From an uncultured Desulfobacterales bacterium (GTDB lineage: Bacteria; Desulfobacterota; Desulfobacteria; Desulfobacterales; B30-G6): a stretch of 64,000 bases of DNA. Positions within the stretch are counted from its first letter, which is position 1. Each line of letters opens with the position of its first letter. The notes beneath the pieces are model-generated. The model had not been told where the DNA came from and did not search any database. It saw nothing but the letters and a program-made list of their open reading frames with translations. Where the stretch lies: assembly GCA_964452555.1 (NCBI GenBank), contig CAYVMI010000033.1:1553-65552 (forward strand), in the 5' to 3' direction. This document shows positions 19,370 to 28,300 of the stretch, piece by piece. The position numbers and the translations under genes are program-made.

Positions 19370-19392
19370 TATACCAATTGGTATATTTGTCA
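19370..19392. promoter_or_regulatory. Candidate TetR operator copy 2 (TATACCAATTGGTATATTTGTCA)
   Basis: Contains the perfect 16-bp palindrome TATACCAATTGGTATA, directly upstream of the tetR gene. Confidence 0.6.
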
Positions 19393-19402
19393 AGTATAAT
19401 TT

Positions 19403-21805
19403 TCAATTCCAAAATGATTGTAAATTTTGTACGACGTCACTTGGCTCGCGCACGGCCTTTGGATTCCAGTCGGCGGGATACATATCCCGGTAGCGCGGTG
19501 AGGCAAAGCGACTGTCAATCAATAAAACCACACCACGATCGTATTCAGATCGAATGACGCGGCCCGAGGCTTGAAGGACCTTGTTGAATCCCGGGAATAT
19601 ATAGGCAAACTCATAACCGGCCTCGTACTGCTCTGCGAAATAGACATTGATGAGCTCACGCTCCAGGCTGGGAGGCGGCATACCCACCCCCACAATCACC
19701 GCGCCGGTAAGACGGTCGCCCACCAGATCGATTCCCTCTCCGAAGACACCGCCCATGACCGCAAAGCCCACCAGGCACGAACTGTTATGTTGATGAAATT
19801 TCTTCAGGAATTTCTCCCGCTCGGTTTCTGAAAATCCCGGCCGCTGTATGATCGTTTCGATATGGGGACACTGCAGCTGAAACGATTCCGCCACCATGGT
19901 CAGATAGGCATAGGACGGGAAAAAAATTAGATAATTGCCAACCTTTTGGTTCACCAGGGCGCAGATTAATTCAGCCACGCGTTGTCGGGTATTTCGGCGG
20001 TTCCGAAAGAAGGTCGATACACCTGATACCAAGAGGCATAAATTTTCATGGGGAAACGGCGTGGTCAGAACCAGATCCGAGGAAGCCTCGCCACATCCGA
20101 ACATCCTTTGAAAATAATCAATTGGCGTTAGGGTTGCGGAAAAAAAGATTGTGGCCCGTCCACGATCAAGTACTTTACTTAGCGGTCCCGAGGGATCTAT
20201 ACAAAAAAGCTTGATCCGAAAATCCTTTTTAATCTGTTCACAACAGACCGCATAAGATGCGTCGAAAAGTTCGGCCACCTTCATAAAACGCACGATCTGG
20301 AAATAGCATTCGAGCAATGCCTCCCGAAACGGGGCTTCCCGATTGAGCGCCAGCCATTTTTCGCATGCTTTTATCAAATCCAAAAAATTGGTCTGTAAGT
20401 CTTCGGGAAGATCATCCAGTGCAAAGGCCGGCCCTTGGCCCTGATTGGATTTCATGATCTTCAAAAACTGGGCGTTCGCTTTACCTAAAATACGATAAAT
20501 ATCCGGGAGTGCATCTTTAACGAGTCGCCTGAGCGTTAGCAAAGATTTTTTATATATTTCCGCCGAATACATTTCTCGCGAACGATCGACCAAGTTATGG
20601 GCCTCATCCACCAGAAATAAATATGTCTCGCGCAGCCGCGTGAAAAACCGGCGCAAATGCGCCTGGGGATCAAACACATAATTGTAGTCACAGATGATAC
20701 AATCGGCCAATTCCGACAATTCCAATGAAAATTCAAAAGGACAAATCCGAAATTGGCGGGCAACCCGTTCGATAAATTCCCGCTGCCATTGGTCGGTATC
20801 ATAGGCGTGCGCCAGGGCCGCATCGATACGGTCATAAAAGCCGCGGGCAAACTCGCAAGCCTCGCGGGTACATTCAGTCTCGGCCTGGAAACAAATTTTA
20901 TCCTTGGCAGTCAACGTCACAACCTTTAACCGCAAATCCTGTGCGCTTAAAACATCGAAAGCCTCCTGGGCCACTTGTTTGCCCGTCGATCGCGCCGTTA
21001 GATAGAACATGCGATCATACTTACCCCGGGCCAGTGTCCTTAATGCGGGCAGGATCGCGGCCATGGTCTTGCCAATGCCTGTTGGTGCTTGCACCAACAA
21101 CTGGGCTTTGTCCATAATGGCCTGATAGGTTTCCTCCATCATCTGCGACTGCCCGCGTCGGAGGTCTGCAAAGGGAAATTGCAGCGTCGCTATCGATTGA
21201 TCACGATCAGCCTGGAACTGCTGAATCCTTTCCATCCGGTCCACCAGACTTGAGATCAGCTGCATAAAAAATTTTTCCAGCTCATTAAACGTGAATGATC
21301 GTTTGATCTCGTGCGTTAGACGGGTATGTAGCTGGGCATAAGTCAGGCAGGTATCGACCGTCTCGAGCCGATAATCCTTGGCAGCCATGTAGGCATATAT
21401 TTTTAATTGAGCCCAGTGATGGGGGTTCTCCCCTATCTCACCCGGTTCGGGCTTGCGGGTGGTGGTTTTGATTTCTTCCAGTTCGATGCGTCCGTCTCTC
21501 CTGCGGATACCGTCTATGCGGCCGGACAGATGGATTGTCCAGGCACCCATATGCATGCTATGCGAAATCGTGACCTCGGGCTCATAACCTTGAGGCCGGG
21601 ATCGCTGAATCATCTGGTGCAGGGAGATGGCGGCCGTAGCCCGATCCGGAACAAAGATACCGCTCTCCAGATCTCCGGATCGCATAAATCGTTCCACCAG
21701 GTTTCTGACGGATATGTGGATGGTTTGGGAAAGCATGAATCGGAAATATAAAATTATGGATTTAAAAAATGCTGAATTAAAGGATCGTAAATATGATTTG
21801 AACAT
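19403..21805 (-). CDS. XPD/DinG-family (Rad3-like) Fe-S DNA helicase with an N-terminal PD-(D/E)XK-like nuclease domain
   Basis: Walker A APTGIGKT, DEAH box LVDEAHNL, Cys cluster (CFQAETECTREACEF...C). N-terminal GRIDGIRRRDGRIELEEIKTT resembles the RecB/Cas4-type D...ExK motif. The annotated ATG lies inside a repeat, so the alternative start at 21736 is possible. Confidence 0.8.
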   Translation of the reverse strand: MFKSYLRSFNSAFFKSIILYFRFMLSQTIHISVRNLVERFMRSGDLESGIFVPDRATAAISLHQMIQRSRPQGYEPEVTISHSMHMGAWTIHLSGRIDGIRRRDGRIELEEIKTTTRKPEPGEIGENPHHWAQLKIYAYMAAKDYRLETVDTCLTYAQLHTRLTHEIKRSFTFNELEKFFMQLISSLVDRMERIQQFQADRDQSIATLQFPFADLRRGQSQMMEETYQAIMDKAQLLVQAPTGIGKTMAAILPALRTLARGKYDRMFYLTARSTGKQVAQEAFDVLSAQDLRLKVVTLTAKDKICFQAETECTREACEFARGFYDRIDAALAHAYDTDQWQREFIERVARQFRICPFEFSLELSELADCIICDYNYVFDPQAHLRRFFTRLRETYLFLVDEAHNLVDRSREMYSAEIYKKSLLTLRRLVKDALPDIYRILGKANAQFLKIMKSNQGQGPAFALDDLPEDLQTNFLDLIKACEKWLALNREAPFREALLECYFQIVRFMKVAELFDASYAVCCEQIKKDFRIKLFCIDPSGPLSKVLDRGRATIFFSATLTPIDYFQRMFGCGEASSDLVLTTPFPHENLCLLVSGVSTFFRNRRNTRQRVAELICALVNQKVGNYLIFFPSYAYLTMVAESFQLQCPHIETIIQRPGFSETEREKFLKKFHQHNSSCLVGFAVMGGVFGEGIDLVGDRLTGAVIVGVGMPPPSLERELINVYFAEQYEAGYEFAYIFPGFNKVLQASGRVIRSEYDRGVVLLIDSRFASPRYRDMYPADWNPKAVREPSDVVQNLQSFWN

Positions 21806-22027
21806 TCAACATCCAACATCGAACGTCCAACATCGAACTTTTTAAATGCCAAATGCTTCGGTTTCGATTTAACCGGGTATGCAACAACAGTTAGTCCACC
21901 ATCCAAATTTCACTCAAAACTAAATAGAATACTCACAAGGGTTTATCTTCCCACTTAAGAAGAAATTCATAATCGGGGCAAAATTCCTTCTTCGATGTTC
22001 GATGTTGGACGTTCGATGTTCAATGTT
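21800..22027. repeat. MITE-like element with inverted heptamer-array arms (TCGATGT/TGGATGT units)
   Basis: Left arm 21800-21838 (gaacattcaacatccaacatcgaacgtccaacatcgaac). Right arm 21991-22027 is its near reverse complement. The AT-rich core is about 150 bp. Confidence 0.75.
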
Positions 22028-22113
22028 TAATCTCCTATTTTTACGAAAATACTTTTAAACCTGAAACCATAGTTAATCTGCTAAACTGGTTCGTGCTTAT
22101 AGCTTATTGCTTG

Positions 22114-25100
22114 TCAAGATTCAACCCGGCTAACCGGCGCCAACGGCGTCACATGATCCACCGTCAAAGTGGCCGCACCCCAATCGACTTCCACCTTCCC
22201 TTCCAGTACATACGGCCGGTTGCGGTCGACCATGTGGCAAAATCGCTCATAGGTTTTGGGGAAGAATGTGGTCTCGACCAGACCGCTTTCATCCTCAAAG
22301 GTTAGAAACTCCATGGTATCGCCGTGTTTGGTTTGGACGCGCTTACCCGTAACCAGCCAACCGGCCAATCGGATGCGCCGGCCAACATAATCATGAATAC
22401 GGATCGCTGAGATCGGGTCCTGCTGCTGGAGGAGACGGCGGTAAAGTTGCATGGGATGGCGATCGCACAAGAATCCCAGGATCGAAAATTCCCGTCGCAG
22501 CCTTCCGAGCTCCTCGGCTTGGGGAAGCCGCGGCGCGGCCACATAGTTGGCGGCATCATCAAACAGCCCTTGGGGACGCAGGCGCCGGGTTCGATCCTTT
22601 TGCCAACGGGCCAAATCCCACAGGATTTCAGCCCGATTTCCACTTTCGCAAAATGTATCCAGCGCACCACAGTGAACCAGGGCCCGGGCCTCGGTTTCAT
22701 CAGGCCGGACCCGCTTCAAAAAATCCCCCAGGCTTTGAAAAGGTTTTTTCCGACGCTCGGAAATAATCGCAGTCTGGCAATTGACGGACAATCCTTTGAC
22801 TGAAAGCAGCCCCACCCGCAGGGAACGGCCTGCGCCCTGCCACGCGACTTCACTGCGTTTGATATCCGGCGGCAGAATGCAAAGTCCCATTCGACGCGCC
22901 TCAGAGACATAGGCAAAGGTACTGTAAAACCCCCCTTGATTGCTGATAACGGCGGCCATGAACTCAGCCGGGAAATGAACCTTGAGATAAGCGGCCTGAA
23001 AGGAGACCCGGGCATAGGAAGCGCTGTGAGGCTTACAAAAAGAATACCCGCTAAAACTCATGATCATGTCCCAAATCGTGGCGATGGTTTGGGCAGATAC
23101 CCCCCGAGCGGCGGCCCCCGCGGAGAACCGCTCAAAATAATCCCGGAGTTTAAGTTCGCGGTCCTTCTTGGACATTACCTTTCGCAAACCATCGGCTTCG
23201 GCATGGGAAAAACCGGCAATGGCCACGGCAGCCCGGGAGACATCCTCCTGATAAACCATGATGCCAAAGGTCTCCTCGAGTACGTCGCCTAGCAGGGGGT
23301 GGATCGGATCCCACGCGCCGCCGTGCAGACGCCGGATATACTCCTGGATAAATCGGTTGGCTGCCGGGCGGATGATGCTGCTATGGATGACCATATGTTC
23401 AAAGTCACCGACACCGGCCTTTTTCTGCAAAAGGCGGGTGGCCGGGCTTTCAATGTAAAAACAGCCCATGGTGTGACCTTGTGCCACGGCTTCCTGGGTG
23501 GCAAAATCATCTTCCGGCTCCCAGTGAGTTTCGTCCAGATCAGCGCCATTCTGATGCAAATTTTTAAGTGCATCCCGAATCACACCCAGGCTCCGGTTTC
23601 CCAAAAGATCAATTTTAACCAGCCCGGCCGTTTCGGTGGCATCCTTTTCCCATTGCAGGATGGGGACGCCTTTGGGCGCGTTCTCCAAGGGCACATATGT
23701 ATCAATCGGCGCGGGGGTGATGACCACGCCGCCGGGATGAACCGACAGGTAGCGTGGGATGCCCGTAATCCGCTGGGCCAGGCCAATGATCTCAGGCCAG
23801 GGATCGGTGTAATCTAAATGCTTCAATTCGGGCAACTGCCGCAGCCGGGTCTCCAAATCAGTTTCGGTACGGCTGCTGTAAAAGTAAAAGGGTAAGCGTT
23901 TGGTGACCGTATTGATTTCCTGATCCGGCAGCCCAAACACCTTGGCAACCTCACGTAAGGCCATACGGGGTTGAAAAAAGACATGATTTGACACCATGGC
24001 CGCATGCCCCTTGTGCTTGGCCAGAACCCGGTCCAGAACATCGTCGCGTTCATCCCAGGCAAAATCCACATCCAGATCCGGTGGATCATTGCGCCCGGGA
24101 TTTAAAAAACGCTCAAAATAAAGGTTGTGCTTGAGAGGACAGACGTTGGTGATTCCCAGACAATAAGCGATGATGGAGGCCGCCCCGGATCCACGACCGC
24201 AGGTACGCGGACTGTGTTGGACGATATCCCGTACCACTAGAAAATAGGCACTAAACCCCATATCCGCGACCACACGCAGTTCGTTCTCAATCCTTTCGAC
24301 CACCGGCTCGGCTAGTTCCCGGCCATAACGTTGCCGGGCTCCCCGGAAAACGGCCTCTCTGAGGCAAACTCCGGCCGAGCGGTCTTGTTGAGCCTGCCAT
24401 GGCGGCATAACCGTACCAAACTCGGGGCCGGTAAAAGTCAATCGCTCGGCCAGATCCCGGGTTGCCTCAACAGCCTGCGGACAGACTGCAAAACGCCGGG
24501 CATATGCCTGCGGTGATGCCAGCCAAGCGTCGGTTGGCGCCGCATCGCCTTTTCTTAACTGAGACAGGCTGGTATTGCGGTCAATGGCCCTTAAAAGCCG
24601 ATGGATGGATACATCTTCCGGAGCCAGAAAAAAGCTGCTCGGGCTGGCGACCGGGACCACCCCCAGACGATCCGCCATACGACACAGGGGATGCGTGCGC
24701 ATCAGTGGACGACGAGGCATGTGGACCATCACGGAAACCCCGGCCGCATACAAGGTTTCCAACAGATCCGGATCGTTTGCCAAAAAAACAAGTCCCTGGG
24801 CATACGCACAAACCGCTGCCCCAATTTCAAAACTGTCATTCAAATGGCGTTGGGTCAGTATACGGCAGAGATTGCTATAACCTTTGTCGGTTTCCACCAG
24901 ACACACCAGGCGTCTCTTCGAATTCGGATCCGTCAGCTCGGCCCCAACGATGGGTCGCAGTCCTTCCTGTCGGCAAGCTGCCAGAAAAGTCCACAGACCG
25001 TAAAGATTGTCCGTATCCGTCAGCGCCAGCCGATCATAACCCATAGCGGCGGCAGCCCGACAGATGCTTCTGACGGAATCGACGCCCCACATAAGGGAAT

Positions 25101-25128
25101 AATGCGATCGAACACATAAGGGAACCAC
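22114..25128 (-). CDS. dnaE2: Error-prone DNA polymerase DnaE2 (Pol III alpha-like, ImuC)
   Basis: 1004 aa. N-terminal PHP domain (RSHYSLMWG...LALTDTDNLYG), a Pol III alpha core and an OB fold. Its short length and its position next to an imuB-like gene and lexA fit DnaE2. Confidence 0.88.
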   Translation of the reverse strand: MVPLCVRSHYSLMWGVDSVRSICRAAAAMGYDRLALTDTDNLYGLWTFLAACRQEGLRPIVGAELTDPNSKRRLVCLVETDKGYSNLCRILTQRHLNDSFEIGAAVCAYAQGLVFLANDPDLLETLYAAGVSVMVHMPRRPLMRTHPLCRMADRLGVVPVASPSSFFLAPEDVSIHRLLRAIDRNTSLSQLRKGDAAPTDAWLASPQAYARRFAVCPQAVEATRDLAERLTFTGPEFGTVMPPWQAQQDRSAGVCLREAVFRGARQRYGRELAEPVVERIENELRVVADMGFSAYFLVVRDIVQHSPRTCGRGSGAASIIAYCLGITNVCPLKHNLYFERFLNPGRNDPPDLDVDFAWDERDDVLDRVLAKHKGHAAMVSNHVFFQPRMALREVAKVFGLPDQEINTVTKRLPFYFYSSRTETDLETRLRQLPELKHLDYTDPWPEIIGLAQRITGIPRYLSVHPGGVVITPAPIDTYVPLENAPKGVPILQWEKDATETAGLVKIDLLGNRSLGVIRDALKNLHQNGADLDETHWEPEDDFATQEAVAQGHTMGCFYIESPATRLLQKKAGVGDFEHMVIHSSIIRPAANRFIQEYIRRLHGGAWDPIHPLLGDVLEETFGIMVYQEDVSRAAVAIAGFSHAEADGLRKVMSKKDRELKLRDYFERFSAGAAARGVSAQTIATIWDMIMSFSGYSFCKPHSASYARVSFQAAYLKVHFPAEFMAAVISNQGGFYSTFAYVSEARRMGLCILPPDIKRSEVAWQGAGRSLRVGLLSVKGLSVNCQTAIISERRKKPFQSLGDFLKRVRPDETEARALVHCGALDTFCESGNRAEILWDLARWQKDRTRRLRPQGLFDDAANYVAAPRLPQAEELGRLRREFSILGFLCDRHPMQLYRRLLQQQDPISAIRIHDYVGRRIRLAGWLVTGKRVQTKHGDTMEFLTFEDESGLVETTFFPKTYERFCHMVDRNRPYVLEGKVEVDWGAATLTVDHVTPLAPVSRVES

Positions 25129-25222
25129 GGTAAGCTCTCAATCTAAAATTTTTTTGAGGCAACGCCAAAGTAGCGGGCAGCATTGAACGCCCAACATTCA
25201 TATGCTAGACGGCTGGGATGCT

Positions 25223-25346
25223 GGGATGCCATGTTGTACAATATGAATAATGAATATCGAACAGGGAATGATGAATTCTGAAGTTTGCTAATTGACGCAA
25301 GCAACACTTCGATATTCTGAATTCATGTAGTCGATATTCGATATTT
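25223..25346. repeat. R2a: left arm of a second long inverted repeat (between dnaE2 and imuB)
   Basis: It matches the reverse complement of 28844-28946 with about 8 mismatches and one 21-nt insertion, by eye. Confidence 0.85.
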
Positions 25347-25408
25347 CAAATAGCTTACCCTCCACCCCTCCATCCCTCCGACCCTTTTTTTCATCTTTCG
25401 ATATTCGG

Positions 25409-26575
25409 TTATGCCGCCAGATTCTCCCCCACCTGAATCGCATTCCGGCCAAAACGGTCGCGGATACGATCCAGAACCGTCACGAGCTTGGCTTGTTTTT
25501 CCTGGCGGCGCTCCGGGAACAGCGTCATCTGGGCCGGCGGAAAAACCAGCCGATCACACACCAAGGACACATGTCGAAGCCGTATCCGACGGGTCCACGC
25601 CAGCAGCAAAGCCTGTCTGGCTAGACCAAACAGGGTGGCGTCATTGGCAGTCGCCGGACGTGACGCAAATTGACGGGCCCGACGAATTCCATCGGAATAA
25701 TCCAGAACGACGCCGATACGGCCCGCGGCCAGCCGGCGGCGGCGCAGGTTACGACCGGCGTCTTCGGTCATGCGGTATAAAGTCCGTTCCAAGGTGGCCC
25801 GGTCATTGGTGTCGCGACTGAATTCATGCTCTATCCGGACCACCGGGCGTTTCTTACCCACGGGCAGCACCGGAGAATTGTCGATGCCCCGGACCGATTC
25901 ATACAGGAAGGTGGCCCGTTTACCAAACGGAACCTCCAGATGCTGCCGGTGCAGCGCCGCAACCTGGGATACCGTCGTGAGGTTCAATTCCTGCAGCTTG
26001 AGAAGGTCGTCCTGTTCGATCCCGGGGACAAACCAAATGGGTAACGGTGCCAAGGTCGCCTGCTCTTCGCCTTCGGCGACAACATATTCTCCCACGGGCT
26101 TGACCAGCCGGGTGGCAACCTTGGCCACCAGTTTGTTGGGCGCCACGGACCATATGGGTGAGAGGCCCAGGCCGGATTTCATGTGGCGGCTCAACCGCCA
26201 GGCCACATCAACGGGAGGTCCCCAAAGGCGGCTGGTTCCGGTAACGTCCACAAAAAGATGCCCGTCTCTTTCACCACTTTCGATCAGGGGCGAAAAAGGC
26301 AGCGCTTCTTTGAAAACCGACCGCATGGCACGCTCGTACCGATCCGGGTGCGGCGACAGGGTCCAGGCATCCGGACACACCCGCAAGGCCCTTCTGAGGG
26401 CCATCTGTTTGCGGACGCCATTCTGATAGGCTTCTTCGCTCATATCGTATACCGCCGATCGGGTGGAACCCTTGGGCGCAACGATAACCGGGCGGTCCGC
26501 CAACCGGGGATCCATAACCCGCTCAACGGCCACGGCGAAATCCGCAATATTGATGTGAATGATAGCACGGGACAT
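25409..26575 (-). CDS. imuB: ImuB-like Y-family polymerase homolog (catalytically degenerate)
   Basis: 388 aa with the Y-family fold. The N-terminal HINIADFAVAVE replaces the canonical H-x-D-x-D-x-F motif (D to N, D to A). The SxDE site reads DGHLFVDVTG. It lies upstream of dnaE2. Confidence 0.8.
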   Translation of the reverse strand: MSRAIIHINIADFAVAVERVMDPRLADRPVIVAPKGSTRSAVYDMSEEAYQNGVRKQMALRRALRVCPDAWTLSPHPDRYERAMRSVFKEALPFSPLIESGERDGHLFVDVTGTSRLWGPPVDVAWRLSRHMKSGLGLSPIWSVAPNKLVAKVATRLVKPVGEYVVAEGEEQATLAPLPIWFVPGIEQDDLLKLQELNLTTVSQVAALHRQHLEVPFGKRATFLYESVRGIDNSPVLPVGKKRPVVRIEHEFSRDTNDRATLERTLYRMTEDAGRNLRRRRLAAGRIGVVLDYSDGIRRARQFASRPATANDATLFGLARQALLLAWTRRIRLRHVSLVCDRLVFPPAQMTLFPERRQEKQAKLVTVLDRIRDRFGRNAIQVGENLAA

Positions 26576-26583
26576 TCTGTCAC

Positions 26584-26666
26584 TCTTGGCTTTTAGCTCT
26601 TGGCTCTTAGCTGTTTGCCGCCAAGAGCTAATAGCTAACGGCTAACAGCGGCAATCGGCAGATTGC
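26584..26666. repeat. R1-family repeat between imuB and DUF72
   Basis: It shares ggctcttagct...gccaagagc...gctaacagc..ggcaatcgg..gattgc with 27555-27644 in the same orientation. It abuts the DUF72 stop codon. Confidence 0.7.
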
Positions 26667-27512
26667 CTACACCAGCCCCCTCTCCTTCAGCAGGGTCTCC
26701 AGAGCCAAGGCATTGCGAGGGGCCTGGGCCTGAACATGATTGTTGAAAAAAATGAGACCGCTGTGTGTGTACGCGGCCATTTTCTCGATTCGCTCTTCTG
26801 CCCACTCGCGTAGCTCAATATCGCTATAGTCGTAATTGAACTGCTTTTGCATATTTCCGGAGCGCCACCCCCTGGTATTGCGGCCATGCAGACGGATGTA
26901 AAAAAGATCGGGGCTCGTAACAATATCCACCGTTGGGAACAATCCTTTGATGGCCGGCACATCCACGGCAACCAGCGTTATCCTGCGCCGCTCGAGCTCC
27001 GCATAAACGCTCTCTGTGGCCCAGGACACATGGCGGAATTCGATGGCCAAGGGCAGTCCGGCGAGCTCATCCAGCAAGGCCGCCAGATAGCGCCTGTTTT
27101 TGGGGATCCGATGGAAAGAGGGCGGAAATTGTAACAAAACAGCAGCCAGTTGGCCGGCCTGGATAAGCGGGGCAATACCGTCGCGATACTGCTTGGCGTG
27201 TCCGCGCCAGGCATCGGCATCGATCTCGTGGGTCAAGTACCGAATCAATTTGGCCGCAAACCGGAAGTTTGGCGGCACCTGTTGCCGCATCCGTTCAACC
27301 GCCTGTGATTTGGGCATCTGATACCAGGTATAGTTCAGCTCGGTTACGTCAAATGTCTGAGCATAGCATGCCAGCATGCCGCCCGATTTGGTGTCCAATG
27401 GATAAAATCCGGCCTCGGCCCATTCAGCGTACGAATAGCCGCTGGTGCCAATGCGGATGTCACAGCTGTATTTTGGGTTGTTTGTTGCGTTCATTGCGTT
27501 TATCGCATTCAT
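26667..27512 (-). CDS. DUF72 (YecE-like) family protein
   Basis: Family blocks IGTSGYSYAEW..FYP, FDVTELNYTWY, NFRFAAKL, LLQFPPSF, AIEFRHVSW, FYIRLHGRN, IFFNNH. Confidence 0.85.
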   Translation of the reverse strand: MNAINAMNATNNPKYSCDIRIGTSGYSYAEWAEAGFYPLDTKSGGMLACYAQTFDVTELNYTWYQMPKSQAVERMRQQVPPNFRFAAKLIRYLTHEIDADAWRGHAKQYRDGIAPLIQAGQLAAVLLQFPPSFHRIPKNRRYLAALLDELAGLPLAIEFRHVSWATESVYAELERRRITLVAVDVPAIKGLFPTVDIVTSPDLFYIRLHGRNTRGWRSGNMQKQFNYDYSDIELREWAEERIEKMAAYTHSGLIFFNNHVQAQAPRNALALETLLKERGLV

Positions 27513-27543
27513 AGATCAGCCGTTTAGGTGTTTAGGCTGAAGA

Positions 27544-27644
27544 CTGTTAGGCGCATAGAGTTCTTGGTTATTGGCTCTTAGCTCTTAACGGCCAAGAGCA
27601 AACAGCTACCGGCTAACAGCCGGCAATCGGTGGATTGCTCACCC
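27544..27644. repeat. R1a: left arm of a 101-nt inverted repeat
   Basis: The reverse complement of 28983-29083 matches this arm with 4 mismatches by direct comparison. It ends 1 nt before the lexA stop codon. Confidence 0.9.
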
Positions 27645-27645
27645 T

Positions 27646-28278
27646 TCAAGCCTCCAACCCTCCGACCCTTTGAATCCCGATCACCTTCCCCTGCACCAGC
27701 ACATCACCGAAGCCGTAGCGCATAGGTTTGTATTGCGAGTTTTCCGGGCGGAGCTCAATATGATCCTTATGGAGATAAAATCGTTTGACTGTTGCTTCTT
27801 CACCATGGATCAACGCGACCACAACCTCTCCGTTACGAGCATATTGTCGCGGTTCACAAATGGCCAGATCGTTATGCAGGATTCCGGCATCCTGCATGGA
27901 ATCGCCGCTGACTCGTAACGCAAAAAGATTCTGGCCCCGATAAACGCCAGCATCCAGAACGACACTTCCATCCCACTCCTGTTGAGCATACATGGGCAAA
28001 CCTGCGGTAATGCTCCCGACGATCGGCACTTCACGCCAACGCTGTTGTGCAGCCGTTTCGCTTACGCGGTTCAAAAGATGAACGGATCGGCTGTAGCGTC
28101 CGGCGCGTTTAACATAGCCCTTTGCCTCCAACGCTCTCAGCATCTGTGCGACGGCAGTGTGGCTCACACCCAGATCTGAAGCCGCTTGCCGGAGGCTGGG
28201 CATCCGGTTGGACCGCTCGATTGCCCGGTGTAGATATGTCAGAAACTGCTCCTGCTTGGGGGTTAGTTGTTCTCGCAT
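27646..28278 (-). CDS. lexA: LexA repressor (S24 peptidase)
   Basis: N-terminal wHTH. Ala-Gly cleavage site (SITAGLP), Ser nucleophile (GDSM) and Lys (ATVKRF). RBS GGAAGGAGGG. Confidence 0.92.
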   Translation of the reverse strand: MREQLTPKQEQFLTYLHRAIERSNRMPSLRQAASDLGVSHTAVAQMLRALEAKGYVKRAGRYSRSVHLLNRVSETAAQQRWREVPIVGSITAGLPMYAQQEWDGSVVLDAGVYRGQNLFALRVSGDSMQDAGILHNDLAICEPRQYARNGEVVVALIHGEEATVKRFYLHKDHIELRPENSQYKPMRYGFGDVLVQGKVIGIQRVGGLEA

Positions 28279-28300
28279 GCACCCTCCTTCCGATCTGAGC

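Noticed and set aside
22302-25119. Many ORFs of 60-190 aa on both strands inside dnaE2 (for example 24462-25046, 24601-25119, 23299-23817).
   Set aside because: They are nested entirely within a 1004-aa ORF with clear Pol III alpha homology. Their compositions are Pro/Arg/Gly-rich, typical of off-frame translation of GC-rich coding DNA.
25770-26426. A 218-aa ORF antisense to imuB, and a 247-aa ORF (62217-62960) antisense to the amidohydrolase.
   Set aside because: Both show no motifs, have Arg/Ser/Thr-rich low-complexity composition, and are fully overlapped by well-supported genes on the other strand.
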